A stretch of 63,854 bases of DNA, counting the filler, from Klebsormidium nitens (lineage: Eukaryota > Plantae > Klebsormidiophyceae), in assembly GCA_000708835.1 (NCBI GenBank). It is 3 parts of 3 records of this genome, joined end to end, with 100 filler letters (N's around TTAATTAATTAA, not from the genome) between each part and the next. Parts side by side here need not be neighbours in the genome. Positions count along the whole stretch, not along the records: positions 31,217 to 59,042 come from DF237773.1; 2 more parts are not named here. One strand, 5' to 3'. The first letter of the stretch is position 1; each line of letters starts with the position of its first letter. The position numbers and the translations under genes were made by a program. Under the pieces are notes generated by a model that saw nothing but the letters and a program-made list of their open reading frames with translations, searched no databases and had not been told where the DNA came from. Positions 37,946 to 47,837 of the stretch are shown here, piece after piece.

Positions 37946-38619
37946 GGAATTTTGCGTGTATCTGCGCTGACCATGCCATGAAGTCAGTCAGTGCACACTC
38001 TCGTATGTTCTGATCTTGCTTTAGTCCGCATCTACATGCGACCGTTTGGTACCGAAGGAAAACTGATCATCCTCATTTAGCTACGTAAACCTACAGAGTG
38101 AACGAGGATCCCTGCTGAAAGTCTCCACAATGAAGTATGGGACGACACTCATGATGTACGATATCATCCATAACTGCGTGATTATAAATATCAAATGGTG
38201 TGTGCAGCTTGCATGCACTTGCAAATCCTCTACATGCCTAAAACCGATGGCAACAGGGGACGGCTCTATGGCATTATTCTTCCTCAGGTCGCCGTACTCC
38301 TTTCTGCGTCTCTTGGCTTCTGGCACGTCAAGCAGCCTGTTCTTGATGTCGTCCATGTACACGCTCTAAGATATGCCTGCATACTATCCGGCATCTGAGC
38401 GAGGTCCTTCAGCACGCTGGGCGGCGGCATAAGTGCCAGATCCACCGCTTGGGCGGTTGAAGTATTTCTTGAACGCCACCTCGAACGTGGCACGCACGGC
38501 TTGCCCGTATCCGTCCAACATGTCAGGCACCGTGAGTGAAGGGGTGTGCCCTTGCTCTCCTTGGACCCCTTGACCTCAAAGTAAACTCAGCCTCCCTTCG
38601 GTCCGTGCCTCTCTGCACT

Positions 38620-38810
38620 TGCACCACTTGGTACTCGGCACAATCTGCACCACCCGGTACTTGGCACCACCTGCACCACCTGGTAATTGGCACCACCTGG
38701 CACCACACCTGGCACCACCTGGAACTTGGCACCACTCGGTGCCTCGGTGTCTGTTCCTCGGTGCCTCGGTGTGCCTCAGTGCCGTGCGATGATGGTGCCT
38801 GGTGGTGCCT
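38620..38810. repeat. GGCACCA(C) minisatellite followed by complementary GGTGCC units
   Basis: About 8 (G)GCACCAC units at 38620-38736, then CGGTGCCT/GGTGCC units to ~38810. A similar array lies at 33546-33612. Confidence 0.75.
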
Positions 38811-38998
38811 GTTACGACTATAAAGCACGCCTTTGCCATTCATTTTCATTGATCACTCGTTTTCGAAAAGCGTTCGAGCTTAGGGAGTTGAGGGGGTGCG
38901 CTTTGGAGGCGTAGGAGCGTCGGAGCCGGCCGCGTTCTTTGATAAGGGTGAGTCTACATACATAGAGATTCTTCACCTGGTAGCAAGCCAGAAACTTT

Positions 38999-39350
38999 GT
39001 ACTACATCTACTGTTATAAATTTCTCACACATTTCGGGTCTACTCAATCATTTTGGAAAGGGGGGGATTAGGTACATACAGATTTCCCAACCTCTGCCGA
39101 TCTCGAAAAGTCGTACTACGTCTACTGTTATAAATTTCTCACACAGTCTCTCTCTTCCGAAGAGGCGAAGAAATTTATAACAGTAGGTGTAGTAGGTTTC
39201 TTCTTCTTTCCAAAGGAGTAGCGAATATGTATATACGGACTTTTGTGTAAGAAAATTATAACAGTAGGTGTAGTAGGTTTCTTCTTCTTTCCAAAGGAGT
39301 AGCGAATATGTACATATGATAAGAACTTTACAACAGAAGGCATAGTAGGT
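38999..39350. repeat. Array of a ~27-bp motif in direct and inverted orientation (candidate origin/iterons)
   Basis: TACTAC(A/G)TCTACTGTTATAAATTTCT at 38999 and 39113. Reverse-complement copies at 39169 and 39250, and a degenerate copy at 39322. The 39169 and 39250 copies sit in an 81-bp-period direct repeat. Confidence 0.85.
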
Positions 39351-39421
39351 TCTCTCCGCTTTCTAATAAACTGACTCTTTTCCAGGGGCCAGTGCGCGGG
39401 GGCCGGTTTCGTGGGGGTGTC

Positions 39422-40610
39422 CAGCAGCATCCGGTTGTCGACTTCCGACGAAGAGGTGCGCACCAAGCAAAGTGAGAGACATTCGCCGACGTTCCTTCCA
39501 AGATCAGCATCCTTGACTTGATTGCTTCCGTCATGGGGGCGTTGAACCCTAGGCGAACCGGATCTGAACTATCCAAAAAGTTCGAGGACCAAGGCGTTAC
39601 CGTTTGTAACGCCCTCGCTCCGTTTGCAGGGCGAGTTCAGCACGAGATGTCGGTGACAGGTATACGGGGCGTGGTTCGGGCAGAACGTTGCAGACCGTCT
39701 CATCCTCAAGGATGGACCCAAGCTCCGCGACTTCATTTCGACGCATTGCGACACCGGTGAAGGGTTGCTCGTTGCACGCCGCGAGTTCAGGGGTGCATTT
39801 CAAGCATGGCAGGATGGAGAACCCGTTCCTCAAGGCCTACCCGATGCTATGAACGCATTGGGCTACGTTTCTTCGACGAGGGCATATGGTACGAATAGGA
39901 AGTCCACCGGGGTCTACGTCGGCTTAGGCCTGCGCTCACAGCAGCATCCGGTGGTCGAGGTCGAGACCGCCGCTCCTGAACCTGACGTCGAGGAAACCTC
40001 CGGCGAAGAGGTGCGCGCCCAGCAGAGCGACCGGGACTTGGTCCTCGACAACCAACTCTTTGGCGAGTTCCGAGGTGCCAGGATGAGGAAGACTGACGAC
40101 GTGCCCCCCAAGATCAGCATCATCGACCTGATTGCTGCTGTGACTGGGGCCTTAAATCCCAGGCAAACCTGGTCCGAACTATCCAAAAAGTTCGTGGAAG
40201 AAGGTGTCCATTTTTTTGGACACCCTCGCAAAGTTCCCAGGGCAAGGGCAAAACGAGAAGCCGGTGACGGATGCAAGGTTGTGGTCACTATCATCAACCG
40301 TTTGGGTGGGCACCGAATCAGGAAGACTGACGACGTCCCGCCCAAAATCAGCATCATCGACCTTATTGCAGCTGTCACGGGGGCCTTTGAATCCCAGGCA
40401 CACCCTGTCCGAAGGTGTCCAGGTTTTGGACACCTTCGCAAAGTTTCCAGGGCGAGAGCATAACGAGAGGTTGGTGACGGATGCAAGGTTGTGGTCATCA
40501 GCCGTTTGGGTGGGCACCGGATCAGGAAAACTGACGACGTGCCCCCCAAGATCAGAATCCTCGAATTGATTGCTGCTGTTACCGGCCCCTCGGGCCCCCG
40601 GCCCCTGTGA
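39422..40610 (+). pseudogene. Frameshifted gene: four Bro-N-like repeats plus a P4/D5 primase C-terminal winged-helix-like domain
   Basis: RKTDDVPPKISIIDLIAAVTG repeated at ~39488, 40083, 40317 and 40520, with FPGQGQNEKPVTDAR in an alternate frame. LRDFISTHC...FRGAFQAW...LGY...GVYVGLGLR at ~39720-39935. Confidence 0.6.
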
Positions 40611-40692
40611 CCTCGCCAAGCTTCTAGACCGTGTGACCGGGGCGAAATCTGTCTCTACTTAGGGCTTTGCCTTTTCGTATAAACCAAGGAAC

Positions 40693-42461
40693 ATGGGAGA
40701 GCATAGAGAGATGACAGAGGAGATCGTGCTGCTGCCGCCCCAAGAGCCGCATGTGACGCGGCTCCTGAATATTTTACGCCATCATGCATTTGCTCTGGAC
40801 CTGTCCGCGCTTGGGGCTGGAAAGACGTTCTCTGGTTCGAAGATCGCACTCGAATCGGGCCTGCCCAACGTAATAGTGATCAGCCCCGTCTCGGTCCAAC
40901 CAAAATGGCAGGAGATGCACGAGAAGTATGGGGTGCCGATCAGGCACAACCTCAGCTACTGTGGCGTCCGTTCGGTCAAGGGGAAGCAGCCCAAGCACGG
41001 GCTGCTATCTCGGCGGGACTACACAGTGGACGTCACGATGCCGCGAGGACCTCCCCGGCAACTCGAGAAGACGGACTTCCAAGTAACGGACACCTTCAAG
41101 TTGCTCCTGGGAGAGGGAGTTCTCCTGATCGTGGACGAGATGCAGCACCTCAAGAACGTCTCGTCACAGTTTGCCGCCTGCCAAACACTGATCAAGGCGG
41201 TCACGGATTCGTACGAGGCCGGGGGGCGCTCGAGGGCGCTCTTGCTGTCCGGAAGCCCAATCGACAAGCAGGAGCAAGCCGTCACTCTCTTTCGGACCCT
41301 GAACGTCATGCAGCACCCCGATCTGTGTAAATTTAACCCAGGCACCAGGGTCATGGAGCTGCGTGGGGTGTCGGAAATCATCGATTTTTGCCAGGGGATC
41401 GACAATGTTGCCACCGAACGGATCCTGGCAGCAAAACGCTACTGGATGTGTGCTGAGAGCGTGATTCGGCCGATGTGTTACACCCTGTTCCAAGAGGTCC
41501 TGAAGCCGAACCTCTCGAGCACGATGCCGCCCTTGCGCTGGCCGGTACTCTGCTCAAACTCAATGCATTCTACCGGATTGACGACGAAGAGGATCGGAAG
41601 GCCCTGTCGGCTGGCGTGCAAGCCTTAGAGTACGCCGTCCATTACGATCGACGGACGGGCCGAGTGAGCATGGCCGAGGGGGCTGATTCACTGCGTGCCC
41701 TGTGCGCTGCCCTGGTGAAGATCGAGAGCTCCAAGGTTCGAACGTTCGCCCGGGTGGCTCTCAAGGCGCTACGGTCGAACTCTCAGCAGAAGGTTGTCAT
41801 TTGCGTCAACTACAACGACTCCCTGCAAAGCCTGCAGGACTTATTAGCTGCTTACTCGCCGCTGGTTCTGAACGGCGCGGTGCCTAAGCAAGAACGGAAG
41901 CACATCATCGACAAGTTTCAGCTTCCGGCCGATGAGCACAGGGTGCTGCTGGGGAACGTCTCCGTCTGCTCAACGGGCATAGACCTGGACGACAAGGACG
42001 GTGCGTGGCCCCGGCTGGCGTTGATCAGCCCAAACTACAGCACTCTGACTCTGTATCAGCTGGGCCACCGTTTTCAACGGATGGACACCAAGTCGGAGGG
42101 GACAGTGCATATGGTATTTGCAAAACATGCGCATGAGTTGCCGATCCTCAATGCTCTCTCGAGAAAGGGTGCTGTCATGAGAGAGACGACGCCGGAGCAG
42201 GTGAATGCCGGCATCAAGTTTCCCGGTGACTTCCCAAGTTGGGTCGAGGAAGATCTGGAGACCTCGCTCATGAGGAGTGGATTCAAGGGATTCAAAGCGA
42301 ACAGGGAGCGGCGCAAGTGGGCACGAAGTGTGATCGGAAGTGCGCTCATGGAATGGTCGCTTCGACCAGGAGGGGTTCTCTATAGGCTGGCCATGAGACG
42401 GTTTGAAGCGTGCAAAGTAGATAAACTATCCATGCCAGACAATATAGGATGTCCGTTGTAA
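40693..42461 (+). pseudogene. SF2 (DExH/SNF2-like) helicase of giant-virus type, split by one frameshift near 41530-41560
   Basis: LGAGKT (I), LIVDEMQH (II), LLSGSP (III) in the first frame; VICVNY (IV), STGIDLDD (V), QLGHRFQR (VI) in the second frame. Confidence 0.85.
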
Positions 42462-42709
42462 TCAATGGCGCCCGACGTATGCATAGGAACACAGGGCAAT
42501 CCAGCTAACTGGTGCTAACTGGTGGTAACTCCAATTCTGATAAGACCTTGGATTTTTGCCTGCAATGCATGTATCTGCGCAGACCATGCCATGAACAGTG
42601 CACACACTCTCGTATGTTCTGATCTTGCTTTAGCCGCATTTGCATGCGACCATTTGGTACTGGTGGAAGCTCATGGTGGTTTGCTACTTACGGACATGGT
42701 GACTAGTCA

Positions 42710-43407
42710 ATGGGGCAAAGAATGGCAACATCTGCTCCCGTTTGTCGAGCAACAGTTGTTGTCACTTGCAACCAATGTGGCAAGCGACTCATGCTCAAGG
42801 ACTCGTTCAGCAAGAGCATGAGGCAGAACGGAACATTGGTGTCGGTGTATATCTGCTCCATGGAGTGCTTGTGTGTAGTCGGGGGCTGCGAGCCGATCAA
42901 GGTTGTACAGTTTGCCAACACGGCCTGCTACGAGTGCAGGGGGAAGGTACCGTTGAAGATATGGGAAGGCAAGATGGTTTAAGAGCTCAAGCGCCTCGGA
43001 TACGAGTACAGCTATTATGACTCACTCGTCCCGTGCGCTCAGGCGAAAGGGATCAAGGGGTTCAGACCTGACTTCATCTTTGTCGGCAAGGACTTTGTGG
43101 TCATTCTCGAGGTGGACGAGGATATGCACCGCCACTACGAATGTCGTGCGAGGTGGGACGGATTGGGGACATCAAGGATGCCGTCGAGCTCCCTCTCCTT
43201 CTCATCAGGCTCAACCCTTCCGAAGGCCGCATCAAGATGCTAGAAGAGACAATGAAGTGGGCGCTCTCAATGGGAGACGCTGTCAAGGCAGCACAGGACG
43301 CAGGGCTCATTCTCGCTTATCACGGGTATTCGGACGGCAGGAGGGCCGAGCTTCACAAGCAGATGGTCAGGCAGAACGGCTTTGCATACGAGACCATTGT
43401 TCTGTAA
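42710..43407 (+). pseudogene. Zn-finger plus PD-(D/E)xK-like endonuclease, with a premature stop (42980-42982) and a frameshift (~43140)
   Basis: Reading through the TAA gives ELKRLGYEY...FRPDFIF...VILEVDEDMHRHYE; the shifted frame continues MSCEVGRI...LLLIRLNP. This is the RPD...LEVDE..H..Y..CE..R...IR.NP signature of NCLDV endonucleases. Confidence 0.75.
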
Positions 43408-43499
43408 CCGGCACAACACTGTTCTAGGAGGCCTCTGCGCCACCTCCAAAGTCGGTGCGGATGAAGCCTCTTGCGCTGATTGGCGGCCGCCTCTCTCGA

Positions 43500-44873
43500 T
43501 CCTCGTTGTGAGATCGCCACTCCCACAGCAAATGCCTACATGGGTACTATATCTTCGTCCAGAGAAAACCGGTCGCCGTGCTGCCCATCCTCGTGGCATA
43601 ATCCACTTGTTGCCACGACAGGTCATTCTTCTCAGCGGCCTCTGCGATCGTACTATATGTCTGCAGGAGCTTGCCCTCGAGATCGTGCTTGCGGACGGCT
43701 CTGTTAATTGTCCGGTTCCGATTTTGTTCCACCCTGGTCGCCCAGCGGAGGTTCCAGATCACGTCCTGGTCACAAATTCCATCGATGTGGTCGACCGTGT
43801 GCTCATCACTAGGGGGCGGACCGATGAAGGTGTGGGCCATGAGATTATAGACGCAGACAGTAACACGCTTCCCGGCGATCTGAAGCTCGACCTTATGTCG
43901 CCCGCACACGATGTTGCCCTCCGTGCGCCTCCCGTTGCTCAATTGAACGCGCCCCAAGCTGCTGACCCGTATGCTTCTGAGAACCCGCCCATCCAGCTTC
44001 GCATCCTTCCATTCTTCGCTAGGCCTGTCCGCTTGATCTACAACATGCACCGAGCACCTGAAGAACATGTAGCCACCGTACTCCTTGCTTGAACCTCCCT
44101 GGATGCACTTCTGCATCGTCTTCCTGTCGAGCCCCAGAGTTGATGCGGCGTCCCTGATCGAAGAGTACCGTTCCTCTTTGCTGCTCGCAACATGACGTAC
44201 AATAATTGGGAAGCCTCCGGTCACACTCCGCTTCTGACCCGACCCAGGGTTGTCCCTTGCGGTCTTCCGCTGGTGTTCCGGCCGCGTTAGCTCTTGAAGG
44301 TTTGCCCAGCTGTCGTTCTGAAGGGGCCGTTCCGACCCGTCCTCCGGTTTGGGCGAAGGAATGATGTGGTCGATCTCCATCCCGGGAGAAATCGCGCGCC
44401 CATGGGCGATCTCGAAGTTCAGGCGGTGGCGCTGGATCATCTGCCCGTTGATGTTGAACTGGATGTAGCCACTTTTAAATCTTCCCTTCAAGAAGCGCCC
44501 GACTTCACAACTCCAGACGCTGCCGTCAGGGAGCCCGTATATATTCATGAACTTGTAGTGCTGCTTCCAACCGTCGTAACTTGCTGGTGGCGCATTCTGC
44601 TCTGAATGCGAGCGGGAGTGGCGTGTCAGGTACCGCTTGTCAGTAAAAGTCTCACCACAGCCCACGACGTTGCACACAAACCTCCTAGTATCGGCGACCT
44701 GGCCGCGCTTGCGCTTGACTCCGGCCGTGACGCTCGTGGCAGCTGTAGAGCTTGCCATCAATGACTGCTGCTGAACCGTGGCACCCTTTGTTCCTAAGTC
44801 AGGTTCAAGTTGAAGGAAGCACTCCCAGGCACTCCAAGGAGCATGTATGGGAGTGGCGATCTCACAACGAGGA
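43500..44873. repeat. Perfect 26-bp inverted repeat pair (43500-43525 and 44848-44873) bracketing the HNH-NUMOD gene
   Basis: TCCTCGTTGTGAGATCGCCACTCCCA at 43500 and its exact reverse complement TGGGAGTGGCGATCTCACAACGAGGA at 44848. Confidence 0.9.
43547..44758 (-). CDS. C2H2 zinc finger plus double HNH/NUMOD homing-endonuclease-like protein
   Basis: Intact ORF, likely start MASSTAA at 44758. KRKR; CNVVGC...HSRSH (C2H2); HRL...IDHI...NLQELT (HNH); YSSIRDAA (NUMOD1); EEWK...VSSLGRV (NUMOD4); VDHID...NLRWAT (HNH); YSTIAEAA (NUMOD1). Confidence 0.88.
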   Translation of the reverse strand: MASSTAATSVTAGVKRKRGQVADTRRFVCNVVGCGETFTDKRYLTRHSRSHSEQNAPPASYDGWKQHYKFMNIYGLPDGSVWSCEVGRFLKGRFKSGYIQFNINGQMIQRHRLNFEIAHGRAISPGMEIDHIIPSPKPEDGSERPLQNDSWANLQELTRPEHQRKTARDNPGSGQKRSVTGGFPIIVRHVASSKEERYSSIRDAASTLGLDRKTMQKCIQGGSSKEYGGYMFFRCSVHVVDQADRPSEEWKDAKLDGRVLRSIRVSSLGRVQLSNGRRTEGNIVCGRHKVELQIAGKRVTVCVYNLMAHTFIGPPPSDEHTVDHIDGICDQDVIWNLRWATRVEQNRNRTINRAVRKHDLEGKLLQTYSTIAEAAEKNDLSWQQVDYATRMGSTATGFLWTKI

Positions 44874-44903
44874 CAAGGAGAAACACTAGGTGCATCACCC
44901 ACC

Positions 44904-46187
44904 TTAATTCTGGTGGTGCAGCAGCCTAAGCTCTACACTACCCAACCTTTGTTCCGAAGTTTGGGTTCTTCCAAGCTTGCGCTGTAGAGAGATCGGAAGC
45001 CTCGGGTCATTGCTTGACCTCCCTTGTGCTATCCATTTAGTAAGTGCCCGAATCTTAGCCACCTCTGAAGAACTATAGAGCGTCTCGGTCCAGTACGTTG
45101 TATGTTCTCGGTAGAACCGCATCTCGTCCAGATCATCCACGATCTCGTCAACGTTCCCTGCACCAATTCTGATGTATTCGTTGCACGTGCGCGAGTACTT
45201 TTGTACCTCGAGTCCTCGTTCAGAAAGAGCCTCTGCCAGCTCTTGCTTTCGTGCATCCTGCAAATTAAGCATAGCAAGTATGTCTTTCAAAGATTGTCGC
45301 CCATATAAGTATAGTTCCAACTCTGTCAGGAGTATTTTTTCTGCACGTCCCCCAAGATTCTGCCAAAGCTTTGATGCTCGAACTGCAACTTCGCAGTGGC
45401 GCTCCAACCCCCCTTGCACGTAACTATGTCGTGCGTGGGCAAGGGCGAGGCCGAGATCTCCAGTGCAATGTGGTGCTGCTGATGCAAAGGACATGTACCG
45501 CCGAATCCTTTCCTTGACTCGTTTCTGCCCACCGATTCCATTTCTCACGTAATCAGAACAGGATGCAGAGTACATGAGCTCACGGTTGTGCTTACCTTCT
45601 GGATCGCTCTCGTTCATAAGCTTTACGGCCACGTCTGTTCGAAGCCTCCTCGGTTCACCGCGTTTCCGCTGCTTCGACCGCGAGGCATCCTCAGCAGCGT
45701 TCAGCCCCCCAGGGCCACCGTACTTGTCCAACGAAGCAGTAAGAACGTCTTGCCATCTGTACATACGTATATTGTTGTGGTATGCGCGGTGCAGTGTTTG
45801 GAATACAGGGCAAAAGCTCAGATCCTGGTCATCAAGGAGAAGCTTTTTCTTGCATGCTGAGTGGCTCAGCAATCTGAGGTGTCCTGGTCCGTTCTCCGCC
45901 GTGCAATTCTGGCAGGCATTGATGGCCGGGTCAAAGGGATATACCACCCTCGTCGAACGTTTGCATCCATCACAAGGCCGCAACGTTCCGGTCACTCTTT
46001 GTACCTTTGTACCTGGACTTCTCGTCCTCATACCTTCCTCGTATGCTTTCTTCCGTTTAGCCCAGCCATCCAGTGCCACGTTCCGAAACGCCCGCGAGAT
46101 CGGGGCGATTTGGAGGAGCAGGCGTGGGTCAGCTGACGCACGCTCAAATAAAAGGTCAGGGAGTACATCTACTAGCTCGCCGGCCAT
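44904..46187 (-). CDS. F-box-like N-terminus plus XPA/RAD14-like domain and a C-terminal helical domain (427 aa)
   Basis: Intact intronless ORF. LPDLLF...ISRAFR (F-box-like); CDGC...CQNC; LLSHSACKKKLLLDDQDL...YRWQDV...KYGGPGGL (XPA C-terminal-like). Confidence 0.6.
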   Translation of the reverse strand: MAGELVDVLPDLLFERASADPRLLLQIAPISRAFRNVALDGWAKRKKAYEEGMRTRSPGTKVQRVTGTLRPCDGCKRSTRVVYPFDPAINACQNCTAENGPGHLRLLSHSACKKKLLLDDQDLSFCPVFQTLHRAYHNNIRMYRWQDVLTASLDKYGGPGGLNAAEDASRSKQRKRGEPRRLRTDVAVKLMNESDPEGKHNRELMYSASCSDYVRNGIGGQKRVKERIRRYMSFASAAPHCTGDLGLALAHARHSYVQGGLERHCEVAVRASKLWQNLGGRAEKILLTELELYLYGRQSLKDILAMLNLQDARKQELAEALSERGLEVQKYSRTCNEYIRIGAGNVDEIVDDLDEMRFYREHTTYWTETLYSSSEVAKIRALTKWIAQGRSSNDPRLPISLQRKLGRTQTSEQRLGSVELRLLHHQN

Positions 46188-47837
46188 ATCTGTGGCTGCA
46201 TTTTAGTTGCTACTGGTCGCCCGCGCAAATTCCTAAAGTGCGGCCCGTTTTTTTGAGTGCAATATTTTAAAGCATGTCCGCCCAGCTTTCAAGCTGTTGA
46301 TCATCATTTGCAGCTCGTCAACCGTCTTCTGTGCGATCGGGGCACTCGTCTTATCTGCGTCTTCTGGACTGCACAAGTATAAGAAGTCATACCGCATATA
46401 CACCACCATGTGGCAGTGGGATCGTGAACTAGCCGGCATTGACACCTAAACCCGTATATATGCGATGGAAGCCAATGGCCGCACTGGCTACGGCATATTG
46501 TAACGAGACTATGTGCATGCGCTCCGATTTGATATACAATTCACAAAAGGACATGCAGCTGGCATCCTTACTTTGGTAGCTTACGTGCGCACATGCTATA
46601 TTGCACTGAGAGGTCAAGCTACATTGCAGCTCCAAACATCTTGATTAGAAATGTGCAGTTTGCTTCAGATACGATCTCGGCCTTTTTTACATCCATCTGC
46701 TGAAGCTTGGCATCTATTGCACCTATAATGCAAGCGCTAGGATATCCGGAATATGTAAACCGATATAATGATTGTCAGATTTTGACAGATAGAACGTGGG
46801 GCTTCATATGATGCATTATAAGTGGTGCCGCTGCACTCGGTCGCACAATTACCATGTATTATACATTTCATAATTGCATTGAAATTACATATGTCTATAA
46901 CACAAACAATCATGTACAATATGGGCGCGCATGAGCGGATCATTGATACAACTGCTGATGTTGATTATATGTGCTATCTCGGTTTTTAGATTGTTGCCAA
47001 ACATTTGGCGAGGGGCATGCATGTAGCTGCGAGCTTGAAGAGGGGCATGCACTAGTTCAACTCTGTAGAACAAACGTGAAATCTTGGAATGAACAGTGCA
47101 AAGATAGTGTCAATAACACTATCTGGCAGGACATAATGCAACCCCCTTAACACCCAATCTCGCCAATACAGTTCAACGTTTCCCTATGTTCGCACTGCCA
47201 ACTCCCTTGCACCACATTTGGCATGTGTGGCTTGGAGCAACGCTACCATTTTTCCATTGAATGCACAGATCACCTTCACCGTAACCATGTGTTGACAAGC
47301 TCGACCCCAAGAAAATTCCCGCTTGCCCCCGTTCAGGATCGCACCAGATCCCTTGCGACCCGTCTCGATCAAACGCAATCAAACGCCAAAATCAAACATT
47401 TAACCCAAAGGTAAGGGAGTGACAGAAACGGAAAACCCCTTACGCCCTCAGCAGAAGTGGCAGCAAAGGTCACAATTCAAACGACACGCTTGATGAATGA
47501 ACGCATCCTGCCTGGCTCCAGGACTTTACGTGTGAGAATAAAGACTGCCCAGTGTGTGCTCTATGGTACATGAGTAGCGACCACTAAACAGCAGTTCGTT
47601 AGGAAGCTCACGTGTTTTGACAACCAGTTAATTGACGCTTGGAGCATATCCTCTCCATCTATAAAAACCAGAACAAAAAAGCATTAGCGCTAGTGCATCC
47701 GCCCCCAACTGGCCTTTGCGAAAGGTGAGTCCTGTCTACTTCCAACATAATGTCGGTCCGCGTGCCCTGCCTGCCATCTGCCTGCCTGTCCTAGTGCCTA
47801 TCCTGCACAGATTGGTTTCCTATGCCCCATGCAATTC

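Larger units (their letters stand above)
31217..46300. mobile_element. Endogenous viral-like element (NCLDV/Polinton-like virus gene set), partly decayed; boundaries uncertain
   Basis: Abrupt switch to tightly packed intronless ORFs with viral-type domains (see individual features). The left end runs into an N-gap and the right end is inferred from gene content only. Confidence 0.75.

Noticed and set aside
38999-39350. Possible CRISPR array
   Set aside because: Copies are in both orientations, spacing is irregular, spacers are themselves repeated, the context is eukaryotic and no cas genes are present.
45574-46206. 210-aa plus-strand ORF
   Set aside because: Antisense to the intact F-box/XPA-like gene and has no recognisable motif.
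31217-46300. Major capsid protein, A32 packaging ATPase, pPolB or adenain protease
   Set aside because: No ORF showed the relevant motifs by eye. Divergent small ORFs could escape me, so absence needs an HMM check.
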